A stretch of DNA of 64,000 bases from Takakia lepidozioides (taxonomy: Eukaryota; Plantae; Bryophyta): contig CM060731.1 of the NCBI GenBank assembly GCA_030704615.1, positions 78,864,001-78,928,000 of the forward strand, given 5' to 3'. Every line of letters begins with the position of its first letter. The stretch's first letter is position 1. The notes under the pieces were generated by a model. The model worked only from the letters and a program-made list of their open reading frames with translations. It was not told the origin of the DNA and did no database searches. The position numbers were made by a program, and so were the translations under genes. Of the stretch, positions 50,795 to 64,000 are shown piece after piece.

Positions 50795-51345
50795 GGATGG
50801 AAAAAATCGGCGCCGAATTTCCATCCAGCGGATCAAGTATGACGCAACGAGGCCCTCCCTCCGCCCGAGCAGTTCTCATCCAGGAGACGCCGGATGGAAA
50901 TCCGGCGCCAAATTTCTATCCGCCAGGTAAGCCAGAGGGGATCCGGCGCCGAATTTCCATCCTGCAGGTAATTCGGAGCGCGGACGGATGGAAATCCGGC
51001 GCCGAATTTCCATCCTGCAGGTAAGTCGGAGCGCGGACGGATGGAAATCCGGCGCCGAATTTCCATCCTGCAGGTAAGTCGGAGCGCGGGCGGATGGAAA
51101 TCCGGCGCCGAATTTCCATCCTGGAGGTAAGTCGGAGCGCGGGCGGATGGAAATCCGGCGCCGAATTTCCATCCTGCAGGTAATTCGGAGCGCGGACGGA
51201 TGGAAATCCGGCGCCGAATTTCCATCCTGCAGGTAATTCGGAGCGCGGGCGGATGGAAATCCGGCGCCGAATTTCCATCCTGCAGGTAAGTCGGAGCGCG
51301 GGCGGATGGAAATCCGGCGCCGAATTTCCATCCTGCAGGTAATTC
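50795..51345. repeat. Palindrome array 2: 53-bp tandem repeat, about 8 near-perfect copies
   Basis: Unit starts at 50941, 50994, 51047 and so on. Each contains GGATGGAAATCCGGCGCCGAATTTCCATCC, a 30-bp palindrome with one mismatched pair. Confidence 0.95.
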
Positions 51346-51539
51346 GGTCCACCTCATCGATGGAAAACCGGCAACGAATTTGTCTTTAGCGGACCAGAAT
51401 GGTGAGAATAACATGCGAAATGTGGCATGTAGGCCAAAAACTCCAAGTTTAGTGTGTAGCCATACAAAAAAACGCGAAAAACTTGATGCAACGACTATAA
51501 GTTGTTGAAGAAGTGCCGATACGGGCTTCATCTTACGGG

Positions 51540-52015
51540 CCTCGGATGGAAATTCGGCACCGAATTTCCATCCTGCAGGTAATTCGGAGCGCGGACGGAT
51601 GGAAATTCGGCGCCGTTTTTCCATCCGGGGGATGATCTCAGTCGACCAGGTGTCAGCCTCTCTCCCTGAAACGACTTCATCCAGCCGGCCTCCGATGGAA
51701 ATTCGGCGCCGTTTTTCCATCCGGGGGATGTTCTCTTTCGGCCAGGTGTCGGCCTTCGATGGAAATTCGGCGCCGTTTTTCCATCCGGGGGATGTTCTCT
51801 GTCGAGCAGGTGTCGGCCTCTCCCCCCGAAACGACTTCATCCGGCTGGCCTCCGATGGAAATTCGACGTCGTTTTTCCATCCGGGGGATGATCTCAGTCG
51901 GCCAGGTGTCGGCCTCTTCCCCCCGAGACGACTTCATCCAACGGGCCTCGGATGGAAATTCGGTGCCGTTTTTCCATCCGGGGGATGTTCTCTGTCGGCC
52001 AGGTGTCGGCCTCTC
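51540..52015. repeat. Palindrome array 3: same core with longer linkers
   Basis: About 6 copies of GATGGAAATTCGGCGCCGTTTTTCCATC, most followed by CGGGGGATG...CAGGTGTCGGCCTC. Confidence 0.9.
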
Positions 52016-55000
52016 GGCTCACATGAAAAAATGTTGAATCGCAAAAGATTGAGTTGAAGCTCCAATCCATGCGCAAATTTTTGAACGACTCTCTTTCAAT
52101 TCAAAGACAACAATAACAATGCATGTGATGGGGTTGGGAATGATGCATGAGGTCAGGCTTCCTTGTATTTCTCTATTTGCATCGCAGTTGCCCTCCCATG
52201 CTAAAGTGAAGCATGAGGATAAGATCGTGAAGCTCATGGCAATGCGGTTAGATGATTTAGATGGAGTGGTTAATTGGGTCCTGAGTTCTAATCGGATACT
52301 GTTTCAGAAAAAGAAAAATCATAAAACATCATAAGTTAAAACATTATTGTTTCAGTAGAGGCAACTTCATATGAATCATAGCCAATGCCATAGGCCATTC
52401 TGGGCTAGGTTATACCATTGATGTATATCCATTCCAATCTTTTAAACCATCCTGGACCAACATGCGGATTGCAACAGTTGAAAACCAGAAAAATATACCA
52501 CCTCAAAGTATATATGAGAATCTGAGGAGGAGATAAGTGTGACATTTTCCCATATCAAAAAAATGATAAGGGCTCTACATCTATTTCAAAAGTGACTATG
52601 TACACTTAATTGTCCAGTATTTGTGCCTTACTAAGATGTATTTCCAGGCTTTTCTTTTAGGTCCACATTGAGCAGTAACCTTGGCACCCTCCCACCCTAT
52701 TTATTTCCCAAGTAAACATGATCCAGGTCCTTTAATGATTGTGCCTTGTTATGGGGCTGATTTGTCATTTCCAGTTTCTAGTCCAATTTTTACTGATTGA
52801 ACTGTCTTTGTCTCGACAAGACAAGTCCAATTACCCTCTGGTTCTTAAGTTAGAATGTCCTCCTCCGCCTCTGTTTTCTTGTGAGTTAGGTTGTCGTCCA
52901 TCTCTAGAGTCTATTAAGTTATTGTACACCCTTTGCGTCTATAGGTTTTGGCCTATAATAATTACCCACGCTCTTTTGTTTTCTTATTTTTCTGTTATCT
53001 AGAGTTTCTCCATCAACAAGGTCACCGTGGCCGCCGTTGAGCCTTTGCCAAAACTTGGTGTTCACCTTATGGATTCGCTTATCAAGGTCGACTTGCAGGC
53101 ATTGACATCTACTCAAACTGATTCAGATGTGTGTTACAAGCTTGGGACACGCTTGGGATGGAGCCGCTGTCCGAAGACGAGTTGGCTTATACCCTTTCCC
53201 TCGATACAACCAAAACTATTATGATGATGCGAAAAGTAGGTTGCAGCACAAAGCCCTATAAAAGATGGATTAAGAAGCTAGAATTGTCCGAAGAGGTTGA
53301 TGGTCCCAAGTTCATAGCATTTTTGAGAGACCAACATGACTCTTGGTCAGATTTCCGGTTGTGTCAGCCGAAAGTGGTCGCGGCGGCGGACATGTTGGAA
53401 AGCCTCATGTTCAAGCTAATGAAGATGTTGCACGATGCCATTGAATTGGGAAGGAAGACTATGATAAGGTACAACTTCTGTCCTTTAGTTTTATTGGTTA
53501 TAAGGACTTGTGTGTCATTTATCCATGGTATGTTGTGAAGAGATTTCCCTGTCGTATTAGACTCATTCTGCCTCCACCCTTCCCCTTTGTCAAATCACAT
53601 ACTATTTTGTATATCGTCACTGCCAAAACGACTCGAATTTGCAGCCCCAAAGCAGAGTGATCCGTAGATCCGGTGTCGTATCCCTTACTCACAAGATCTT
53701 TGACATAAGCATCTTCAGCCCAACTCATACAATAATTGAGCCATCTGACATGTCAAACTGCAGTAGCATTCATCAAGTCATTCTTGTCCAGAAATTGACA
53801 GAGAAGCGTCATATAAGAAATCCGCTCGAAGTGCAATGAGAAGGGATAAAAGTGAACATTCTTTTCGTTTATGTTCTCCTTCAGCAAAAATGCATGCTTT
53901 AAAAGAGACATAATTTCCAATGGCATATCGTATCACATCAATTGAATTGTTTGAAGACTTAATGTTTCGTTAAACTACTTGGCCTTGTATGACTTGAGGT
54001 CATGAGGTAAATAGAAGTGAGGTCTCTGCATCATTCTACTGGCATATTGCATTGCAAACTGGCAGCTAGATGAGGAAGGGAATGGAGAGAGGAAGTAAAG
54101 TCAGGTGGAGGATACCTCGGCAAATTTTCCTCTCTTTAGTACAATGTCTGCTACTGTTTGTGGAGGTCCGGGAGCAGGTGCTGGGGTCAGTTACATTATT
54201 TGCAGTGCATAAACTACTTCCATGAAGGTACAATATATATGTCTTGAATCCATCGTCTTTGTTGGGCTGGCAGTCACATTAGCTACCTTCACCAAAGCAA
54301 AACAAAAACCTTTAGGTTGATGGAGCACGACGTGTTTTTGGTTGAAGAATGCTTTCCAAAGTAGGCAGATTTTGGTAGTCTTTCAAATACTTCTTTCCTT
54401 AAAGTACTTTGGTATGCTAATGTGTAACATACTTGCCAAGAGTTGGAGTTGTCCTGGATTCTAAAGTATTGCGGGCCATTGTGCGTAGCAGAGCAATATT
54501 ATGTACTAATGGATGTTTGTAGTTGAATTGGGTGCATGTGCTGCCCTTCATCAGCACTGAATTAGGTATGAAATGCCATTTCATAGGTGGAATCATTCTA
54601 CGTCAAATTTGTGGATTGTTTACTACGCATTTGAGAAACATTGAAAGTTGATCTAACCCCCTAGTAATAGTAAACAACAATGCAGCAAAACAACTCTCCC
54701 ACTGATTCAGTAAAGATAGTTACATGTCCATATTTTTTGGACAGTTTAGAATGTGTATCGGATGAACTTACAATGCTTGCAATCTCACGAACTTGTGAAC
54801 ATGTAAATGACAAGCAGAAACTCGGGTGCATGTGCAATCTTACACGGAAACTGGGTTGTGCCGCTATGGCACGCTGTGCAGTTTTATACACGAATATGAT
54901 ATTTTGAGTAAAATCTCTGGCCTGGTTTTTCCTCCACTGTGTCAACGACTTAGAAGCCTCAGACCAGCCCGAATAGCTCTGTTTATATATGACGCCAACT

Positions 55001-56112
55001 CAAGTTAGCGTAAATAAGAGCCTCTTCCCTTACAGGAACTACCCCTTTCATGCGAACAACCCATGATATAAAAGATGAAGGACCATTTGGCCAAGTTGAT
55101 GCATAGTGCCTACACCCAAGGGCAGGCAAGGCCAACAAGTGAATGTATGTCCAAACTTCAAACTCCAAACAGTGCCTACTTCAGAGTGCATGGATGCAAA
55201 TAAGATGCTCTGGTTCCACTAAACTTTGGATGAAACCTCACAATAATAGATGTGTCTAAGTTTAGGTGCTACCTGAAAGGGATACCCTTACAGGTGCTAA
55301 CTGCTGAGAGGAGGTGATAATTGGGGACTGAGTAGAGGTGTTATATGGGGAAAGCAAAGGGGACAACTAACCTTAGGTGCTAAGTCTACATGTTAACTGT
55401 AAAGAAAAAAAATGGCAATATGGGAAAAGCTGTAGCAGGACTTAGATATTTTGGACATTCCTCTTATAGGGAGTGGAGGAGAGAGATGAATATAGTCAAC
55501 CACAGGCTTCAAGAATCATGACCAGTTTATTTTGCATGGGAGAATACAAGTTGCATATTAAAAGAACTGACAGCCTATTGATCCAGCCTATGATCTATGG
55601 TGGGGTGGAGTTGGGCAGGGCGGAGCAGAGGAGCAGAGGAAGGAGGTGTAGTTGGCCAGGCCGGAGCTCTGCTCTGCTGTTGCAGAGAGGGAGGAAGGAA
55701 GAAGCACGTGTTTGGGTTGAAGATGTCGAACTCTGATGGTGCCTAGTGAGTGTCCAATCCTCCTCACTGATGGGGTATCGATGTGGATATGCGAGATGAA
55801 TTGCATCGATGGACCCACGGGATGCAATGAGTGCGTTCAAGATACGTTCCAATGCGCGTCCTTTCTTGCACCATCACTGCAGCCTCGGATGCGTTTACAT
55901 TGTGGAGAGGTGTTTGTCATAGCCGGACAGGAGGGAGGTATACTGAAGCTGCCAGACAAGTCTACTAGCTGCATTGGGTATCGTTCAAATCTTCAGCTTG
56001 TAGGAGGAGGAGGTGTTCCTTTCTTCTAGAGCTTTAATGCTGCTTTGATGCATGTGGGTGAACGGCATTTGACAAGTTTTGGAGCGTGCTTGTCCAGTTT
56101 TTGGGTTACACA

Positions 56113-57162
56113 ATGACAGAGAAGGGAGAAGGAAGAAGCTTTGGGACGGTTACGGTGGTGCTGGGGTACGCGTTATGCTCCAGCCTGCTTGCTGTGATAA
56201 ACAAGTACGCCATCACGTACTTTCCGTTTCCAGGGCTCCTCACCGCATTGCAATACGCAACCAGTGTGGTTGGTGTTTGGGTGGCAGGGAAGCTTGGGCT
56301 AGTCTACCATGATCCCTTCAGTTGGGATACAGCAAAGAAGTTTCTTCCTGCCGCACTCGTCTTCTACCTCGCAATATTTACCAACACAAACCTTCTCAAG
56401 CACGCGAACGTGGATACCTTCATAGTTTTCAGATCGTCAACGCCCCTCCTCGTGGCCATTGCGGACTCTATCTTTCGAAACCAGGCACTACCTTCCAAGT
56501 ACACATTTGCCTCACTATTGGTGATTCTTGGCGGGGCCATAGGATATGTCTTCACTGACTCTGCTTTCACGGTAACTGCCTACTCCTGGGCCATTGCGTA
56601 CCTCGTCACCATATGCACGGAGATGGTATACATCAAGCACATGGTGACGGACCTTGGGCTGAATACGTGGGGATTTGTGTTCTACAATAACTTGTTGTCG
56701 CTAATGCTGTCCCCTTTCTTCTTGGTTGGAATGGGGGAGTACCGTGACATTGCACATGCTTCCTTAGAAGAAGGGAGTTGGGTTGTGTCCGTCGTTGCAG
56801 TCGCGCTTTCCTGTCTGTTTGGCTTGGCTATCAGCTTTTTCGGGTTCGCGGCGAGAAAGGCGATCTCCGCAACGGCATTCACCGTAACAGGTGTGGTAAA
56901 CAAGCTCCTGACGGTGGTGATCAATGTTCTGATTTGGGACAAGCACGCAAGCATCCCTGGTCTGGCGTGCCTTCTTTTCACAATTGGTGGCGGTGTCCTT
57001 TACCAGCAATCAACGATCACGAACACCGCTACTACGCCCCCCACAACCGTCACAAAAGAGGATGAAGAGAAAGGCTTACTAGCGCCAAGCGACCTTGACA
57101 CTGACACAAGACCGGGCGAAGAATCTACAGCCATGATGATGAAAGCAGCACCAGGTAAATAG
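56113..57162 (+). CDS. GONST4: Golgi nucleotide-sugar transporter, GDP-fucose transporter GONST4/GFT1-like (single exon)
   Basis: GYALCSSLLAVINKYAIT, FTNTNLLKHANVDTFIVFRS, AISATAFTVTGVVNKLLTVVINVLIWDKHA; multiple hydrophobic helices. Confidence 0.88.
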   Translation: MTEKGEGRSFGTVTVVLGYALCSSLLAVINKYAITYFPFPGLLTALQYATSVVGVWVAGKLGLVYHDPFSWDTAKKFLPAALVFYLAIFTNTNLLKHANVDTFIVFRSSTPLLVAIADSIFRNQALPSKYTFASLLVILGGAIGYVFTDSAFTVTAYSWAIAYLVTICTEMVYIKHMVTDLGLNTWGFVFYNNLLSLMLSPFFLVGMGEYRDIAHASLEEGSWVVSVVAVALSCLFGLAISFFGFAARKAISATAFTVTGVVNKLLTVVINVLIWDKHASIPGLACLLFTIGGGVLYQQSTITNTATTPPTTVTKEDEEKGLLAPSDLDTDTRPGEESTAMMMKAAPGK

Positions 57163-58161
57163 ATGCAGGGATTTTGCAATTCTGGAGCCATGTGTGGCAG
57201 ATAACCCCATCTCAAATTCATACAATGTCTGTCTGTGCTGTGATACCTTTGTGAAATTCTCATATTTTCAACTGCCAAGCATGAACACCCTTCAACAAGG
57301 CCTGCATGGGGCTTAGGCAATGTGCAGGCCCATTTTTGGGATCATCTAATCTCTCTGACACATCAAAGGGACTAGACTTGCCATTCTTGTGTCTCACAAG
57401 CAATTTATGCACACTGGAAGTGACACCATCCTCCATGGCCGGTGCTTCATGATTGACACATCACCACAGAAGGTCTCATTTAGGAGACTCTCAAAATTCT
57501 TTCTGAAGTAACTGCAGAGATAGGTAGAAAGTAAAGAATACAGGATCAACCTTTGTGTATGTTGGAAAAGTAAACAGGGGGGACAGCAGATGTAGTGTCA
57601 TGTGAACCTCTCACTGAATGTGAAAATTGTATTTCTATGAACCTGTTGTCTCCATTTTGAAACAGTCACATTGATTGTCAAACTGAAAACCACAGATTGA
57701 ATGCTTGGAATTGGTCACTTGCTGTTCAAGGGGCTCATCAGTGGATTGTTAGTGGGTGAACCTCCCTGTTGATTGAAGGTTAGCTGTACAGTGCACTAAT
57801 TCGGATGAGTACCTGCGATGGTTGATTATCTGCTTATGAGTAATTCAAGGCTCAAGCATGTGAGACATTTACAGCTCTGTATCTTAGGCCTAGTAGCTAC
57901 AAAGTGGTTGCTAGGCTGATGCAGTAAAATTGGACATACTTAATGTCTGTGTCTGTAGGCCTGCGATTGTGATGCACTGCCCTCCACCTTAGTTATGTGA
58001 TGTTAGTTCCTGCACCATGGTGTATCTCTTCAATCTAGAATAAACCCTGAACCAAGGTCTCTGGAAGGTGTCAAGTCTCTCCTGTCATGTATCCTGTCAT
58101 CTAGGACCCTCGGCACAAGGTAAAGAAGGTAAGAAAGAATGCCAGCAATGGGCTGATGAGT

Positions 58162-60501
58162 TCATAAGAAACTGCCATTTGAACTGCAGTCACATTGATC
58201 ACTGTCCCACGGTATTGTGAAATCCTTGGCATGGCGTTCAGCCTCTGGTTTGCTGAGTTCTGTCTGCATCTCATTGAACTCAGCTATGACTCCACTCAAC
58301 CATCCACTGATGTGTGCTGCATCAATGCCCACTGGTTGATCCTTGAAGAAGGAGAAGCACTCCATGCTATTTTCTGGATTTGGGCAGTCGGGTGTGTTAG
58401 GATCCCTCCAGTAGTCTTTGTGGTATAATCCCACCCAGTCTGCTAATAGTCGATAGATGTACTGCCCATGCCCAGCTAACTCTAGCCAGCCTTTGGGAAA
58501 CATTTCGAGGATTTGCCCAGCTGGGCTCATAAAAATCATGTTGGTAAGTTGAGCTCCATGCACAGACACAAGAATATCTGTTTTACTCATAATGGCCACC
58601 TATTTATCACAAAGCACTGCAAAAAGTCAGTATGTTACGAACGCTTGCCTCAGTGTACCTCTGAGCTGTTCCTTGGCGACAGAACGTAGTATAATCTCTA
58701 ACCGGTGATCTGAGCGCGGTAAGTCAACCAACCCTGCTAGGACCAAATTACATGGGAATACATTCACTGTGGAAGGAGAGACTGTAATAACTTATACCTG
58801 TTCGCAGAAAGTAAGGCTTGACACCACCATGGGGCCCCACTCGCACCCTTCCACCTTTGCACACTCAGTCCTCACAACCTCTTCCCACGCAGATAAATTC
58901 TTGTATGCACGCCCACCGGTGCGTACCATCAACGTGACCCGAACTGACTGCTTATCTGTGGGCCCAGGCCTGGAGATGGGGACTTTGCAGTATCGCCGGG
59001 CTTGACACCGAACCTCTCTGTAGATATCTCTCATCAACTCTGCGGGAACCCCTCCAATTCCACTCCGACTGAGAACTGCATCCTCAAAGCAAACAGGACG
59101 GTCGTCATACTGCATTTGTTCTGGAACTGAGGGCAATCCGACTGCAGCAAACACCTGGAGGATTGCACAACACATAGAGTAAATTACAAGCACTGATCTT
59201 CAAGAATCAGCTTCAAGTCTCACCATTTATTCTAATGTTTCACAGCATTGACCTCGACTATCAAAAATTCAGGACAGCTTTGAGCTGAATCTTCCATGAC
59301 AATTGATGCATGCTGGGTCCTTGACAATATCTGTGTTACAACCTAACAGTCCACTCCATCTCGACTTCTAGAAAAGTCACAGTCAATGATGTCCTCACTT
59401 AATGTGGATTTGTCTTCCTTTACTTGTTCTACGTTGTAACTGATTCCCAGCTGGTTATGGTGGTCCGAAGCATCTTCGTTCCACCAGGTCCAATGGCTTT
59501 TAACGCATCAAAACCATCGGGGGTCCATGCATGACCTTTCTGTACTGCGGATATTAGTTATCGATGTATCACAGATGAAAATGGTTAATCGCAAATAAAC
59601 TGTTCTAGATCTGAAAGGAGTCCTGAGCGCTGATTGCATTTAGCACCTGACTGATCCAGCTACCCATGTCCTGCCTCAGTTCCGCCCAGTGGTACAGGAG
59701 AAGCCGTTGAGCATCCTGGCAGCCATGGGCCTTTTTCCAATACACAAATTGCACGAGATTATACATGGAATGCCAAGGATTGGTAAAATCCCAGTATGTC
59801 TCTGAGATGAGAGTAGTTCCTTTGAGGAAGACGGCCTGTTGGGGGAGGGCCTCCTGCCATGCATACGCATACGAATTCTGGCTCCCATCCTTTGTGTGGT
59901 TCCCCAAGAAACAGAGATGCTTGCCACCAGAGGTGTTAGATGGGAATTCAAACAGCTCTGGCGGCCCTCTTTGGAGCCCTCGCCCCATGATATCAGACAT
60001 GAAACCATGGACGCCATTAACCTCTTTATCTTTCAGAGGGCGCCACTTCACAGGCTCGGATAGATGGCCTGAAGGTAATTGGGATCTCAGAGTCTCTAGT
60101 TTTTCCTTCAAAGCGATGGCCTCACGAAACTGATCCTGCAGTTGACGGTCCTGACTGTGGGTGCTGTTCTCCAGTGTCAACTGCAGTTGAAGGTCCCGGC
60201 TGAGGGTGCTCTTCTCGAGGGCCTCCAGTCGCATTAACAGAAGCCGGGAAACGTTGAGGCTTTGATCAAGCTGAAACTGGAGCGATGCTCGGGCCTCTTC
60301 CAGCAGATTGTACGTCTGTAGAAAATGTTGAGTGTGGTTGAATTGGTGCGAGGGGAGCCCGTCGATGGCTAAGAGAAATTGTAGCTGCCCCATATGTGCC
60401 CACCCCTGCCACAGCACCACCAAGATCACCGTCACCACTGCCAGATTTGGCAAGCTGCGCCAGTTCTTCTTCCGGCCCACCCCGCCCGACAGGGTCACCA
60501 T
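58162..60501 (-). CDS. Glycosyltransferase family 61 protein, three exons
   Basis: N-terminal TM anchor; NPWHSMYNL; VCFEDAV; DILVSVHGAQLTNMIFM...EMFPKGW (GT61 HGAxLTN signature). Approximate exons 59646-60501, 58797-59154, 58162-58600. Confidence 0.88.
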
Positions 60502-62478
60502 CTTCGCTTACCTGTTCAAAAGCACCCACTCGCGAGTTGATATCAGTCACTTCAACATCTCGGGAGGACCCATCTGCTATAATGAGCATTGATATCACAT
60601 GTCTGTAATTGGATCTATGTCCCTCTCAGCCGCTCCAGGCTGAGTCCAGGTTAAGTATAGTCTCTCTCTCGACTCCACCGCCGTCTCCACAGGCTTCGTT
60701 TTTGACTAAGAAGTCCGGTCAGAGCTTTGCACGTACCAAGGGTTTTATCACAGCGACGGGTGATTTGTAACGGACGTGGTACGTGGTGAAGAGTAGATGG
60801 TGATGCCACGTTCCTGGATTCCAGCTACAGGAGTGACTATCCCTCCTGCTGTGACGGCAAGATCAGCCCTGGCTGATGATACACTGACATCCGGGTTACG
60901 GAATAGTGGAACAGTGACGGCCGTCACTGTTTCACTTCCGCATGGAGCACGCTCAATGCCTCTGCATCCCTGAAGATGTGGAAAAGAGAAAGACGCAGCT
61001 GCAGGAAAGCACAATCATGGAAGAGAGATCTGTCTGTTCTGGGACTGTCCAGTAGAGTTGTCGCCAGCGTTTCACAAAACTCTGAGCTCTCTTCATCTTC
61101 GACTAAAAGGAAGCTGAATGGTGGTGGATTTGGAGAGAGTGTCCCTGGCTACAAGTGATCGCATGTATGAAAAGACAATCATTGCTGCCGGTGAGGTGCT
61201 GGATAGGAGATTAGCTCTTTGTCGGCGCAATGTGTGCTGCTGGGTTTTGCGAAGCATGCCTTAGACCTGCCGTGAAGAGGCTTTATGCATCTTTGCAACT
61301 TAGAGGTTATCTTGCAAGCACTCCTGATGGTGGCCGAGGATGCAGGGCTGATTTCGAAAATCAATTCCGAATCTTACCGTAAGCTGTGCGCATTGGCCAA
61401 GATCAGCGCCCCGAAACTGAAATCCTACAAAGATACATTCATACACCTCGGGGAAAAAGCACAACCTGATGCATTACTACGTCTACACAACGTCTTCGAC
61501 ATCGCCCACCGTGTGAGTCGGGGCAATGTCAGAGTCAGAATTTCTGTTTGAGCTGCCAATCTGCAGCGATGCACGATAACTTCAGGGGTGAAGATAGTTG
61601 GGAAAATCAAGGAGGTGGAGCTGATGTCTGCAGAGGGCATCAAGTTACAAATTTGCTGGTGCTTCTTCTCCTGTCGTGCGAAACTGCAAGGTCTCACTTC
61701 TTATCCGCTTGTCCAGCGTAATTGCAACTAGCTGTTTTCTTCTTGGCATATGCTTCACACTTACAGTCTTGCTTCGTAGTGAGTTTCTGGGGATGTCGAT
61801 GGACATCTCAAGCCCCATGAGAACTAGAATTCATGTTGCCTGCATTGTAGACAGAGAATCGGCGAGCTCAGAGAGAGGTCCTGCAGTAGTTCGATCCGCG
61901 AGTTCTCTCCAAGAAGCAGGGCCAAGAGTCGAGGAAGACGATGCCGGGCAGAATTTCCATCCAATTAATTCATCCGATACGTATTTATCCATTTCCTGAG
62001 ATGACAAACGTCGTAATATGTAATACCCAACACTAGCCTCATGGATGAAACATCCACGAACGCGGAGTTTCATCCATCCACAAGAGGGATCTTCCTACCC
62101 GTTCCTTGCCTTTCCTTCCCCTTTCCTTTCCTCTCCCATTTTTTGTCTCTGCGCTCGGTTGACCCGATCTGGTGTCCACTTCCTGGCAATTTCTCTTTGC
62201 CAATCCATGCGAAATTCTGTCTCCATGCGGATCCGTAAGAAGGGTTATTTTCGTTGACGATTTTTCTCTCTGTTTTGGCTACTCAATTCTGATAACTCCG
62301 GGCCTCCTCCTTTGGGGCTCTTTGATCTCAGCTTGTAACGTAGCGTATATCCTTGGACCTCGCCGCTCCAGTCTCAATTTTTATTTGGGTTTCTTTTTCA
62401 TCTCGAGTTCATTACCTGGTTTACGTACTTTGGAAGGCAATAGACGGAAGTGGAAGGTGAAGAGGGGACCGCACGGAA

Positions 62479-63441
62479 ATGGCGACAATTGGCACCAAAA
62501 ATGTTCAAGCGAAGCTTGTAGGTTCTTTACTAAATGGAATCTGTTGCAAATGTACATGGATTTCTGGTTTTGCAGAGATTTTTCCAAGCTAGATGAATTA
62601 GACGGACCGTCCTGAATAGAGGGATGAGCGGTAAGTTGTCCACGGACGAACAGACGTGGTGTAGTTGGTGAGATTCAAAGGATTTCCCCGTCAACTGCTA
62701 CCGCCCTTTGACGATGTAGTACCTGGATATCAGAAATGGTTGTTAGAAATTCGGATGACCTCTAGTTTTTACAGTTTCTGGTTAGGAGCCAGTTTTTTTG
62801 TGAGGGGTTGCATTGAATTCGTATGTAACCCTAGTTTTGTCTCTTGCTGCAATTTCCTACCCCCCTTTCAATCATACATAGATTGACTGGACCCTTGATC
62901 AACCAGCCTTGAGCATTTCTTCCATCAGGAAGGTGGGATCAGATACTCTGCAGTCTGATGTTTATCTTTTCAAGCCCAATTGTCATGATTAATAGTTGGT
63001 CATCGCCCAATAATTCAAGTGGGCATTGGTGGTAGAGTAATTTAAGTGTGCTGGAATCGTCCACAAATCCCTTGTCCCTTCCAAGATCGGAGGGCATTAC
63101 TGTGAAAATCAGTCAGCAAGCCATAATCTTGGTTTGTTGCTGGGAAGCAAGCATTTTTGGGAGGATGGTTTGTGTCGGTGTTATTTCTGGTGTTCTGTTC
63201 ATCAATGCCTCCTAACGAGGCATTCCACAATATTTTGTTACTTGCCCTAACCTTCTAGTTGCATCTACAAAAATAAAAATGAAATCTGCATATGATGCCA
63301 AACATGTGTGGCGTACTATGAAAATGAATCATGCTTAGCTGGTACAGTTGTATGGTGCTACAGGTGCTGCTGGGAGACATGGGAGCAGGAAAGTCTAGCC
63401 TTGTCTTGCGGTTTGTGAAAGGCCAATTCTTTGATTTTCAG
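62479..63441 (+). CDS. Rab5-family (RabF2-like) small GTPase, first two exons; continues beyond the window
   Basis: Exon 1 62479-62517 MATIGTKNVQAKL|gt; exon 2 63364-63441 VLLGDMGAGKSSLVLRFVKGQFFDFQ|gt. Confidence 0.9.
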
Positions 63442-64000
63442 GTGTGCTTTCTCTCTCTCCATGCCCCCCGGGATGTTTCTTTTCTGGTCTTTCTCTCAAT
63501 TCTCATTTACCATTTCATTTCATTTCTCAGTTCTCTAGCAAGAATTTGGAGAAGCAGAACAAATCATTTTTACACATGATGTCTCACATCATGATCATCT
63601 GGTGTCTCACATGATCATCATCTGGAGCCAATGTAGCTCAATACTGCTCTTCCATCGTCTCCTCCCCACTTTATGACCAGACCTAGGGCAGGCTCTGTGG
63701 CCACAGGCTATGGCAAGCTTGTTCTGAAACATAGTTTGTCTCCCCTGCTACTTTCGGTGAACTTCCCCACTGGTGTCATCGGCCTAATTGTATTCTGAGC
63801 TTGGTTCAAGATGTCAGATAGTACCTACCAGGGTGATCAATTCAGGTAGACAACTTGCCGGTCATGTTAACAGTCTTTTCAAGTGGGACCGTTACATGTC
63901 CAGTCGAAACCCTGTTGGAACATCGGGAACTGGGTTTTCTTGTTCAAATGGGAAGATGCCCACCTTCTGTCTCTTAGGGACCTTGATCAATAGTGAGCTA

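Larger units (their letters stand above)
41472..52020 (-). mobile_element. Large decayed CACTA/EnSpm-like element (right end not found) carrying a ParB-like plus amino-methyltransferase-like gene and palindrome arrays
   Basis: The PPR frame stops exactly at CACTACTAC (41472). Dense TGCGAC/GTCGCA subterminal repeats in both orientations at 41500-41965 and 42520-42600. Internal decayed spliced ORFs. No matching ...TAGTG end or transposase core recognised, so the right boundary is approximate. Confidence 0.55.

Noticed and set aside
50833-51840. 335-aa and overlapping repetitive ORFs
   Set aside because: They are translations of the 53-bp tandem array in shifting frames.
50795-52015. CRISPR-like look of palindromic repeats with spacers
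   Set aside because: The spacers are near-identical rather than unique, there are no cas genes, and the context is eukaryotic.
52990-53840. Short coding-like fragments on both strands
   Set aside because: No recognisable domain, and they cannot be tied to the CACTA-like element.

Overview
Intron-containing nuclear DNA from a land plant, probably a non-seed plant (inferred from gene style). Host genes: an LPA1-type P-loop kinase (+), a cinnamyl alcohol dehydrogenase (-), a GONST4/GFT1-type nucleotide-sugar transporter (+), a GT61 glycosyltransferase (-) and the 5' end of a Rab5/RabF2 GTPase (+). There are also starch-synthase and PPR pseudogene fragments. About half the window is transposable elements. 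(1) A decayed full-length Galadriel-like chromovirus (2252-9347; paired LTRs, tRNA-iMet PBS, 5-bp TSD) plus an internally deleted solo LTR of the same family (45363-45683). (2) A 10.9-kb Ty3/gypsy-type element (30318-41180) whose pol carries a complete C5-cytosine DNA methyltransferase between protease and RT and ends in a PHD finger. It has TGTC...GACA ends and a 4-bp TSD but no recognisable LTR pair. (3) About 290 bp further on, in the same PPR relic, a CACTA-ended element with a decayed spliced gene that appears to fuse a ParB-like N-terminal domain to a beta-class N4C/N6A DNA methyltransferase-like domain, accompanied by arrays of a ~30-bp palindrome. The two methyltransferase-carrying elements are the main candidates for an undescribed system. 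All calls come from reading motifs by eye; no database search was run.
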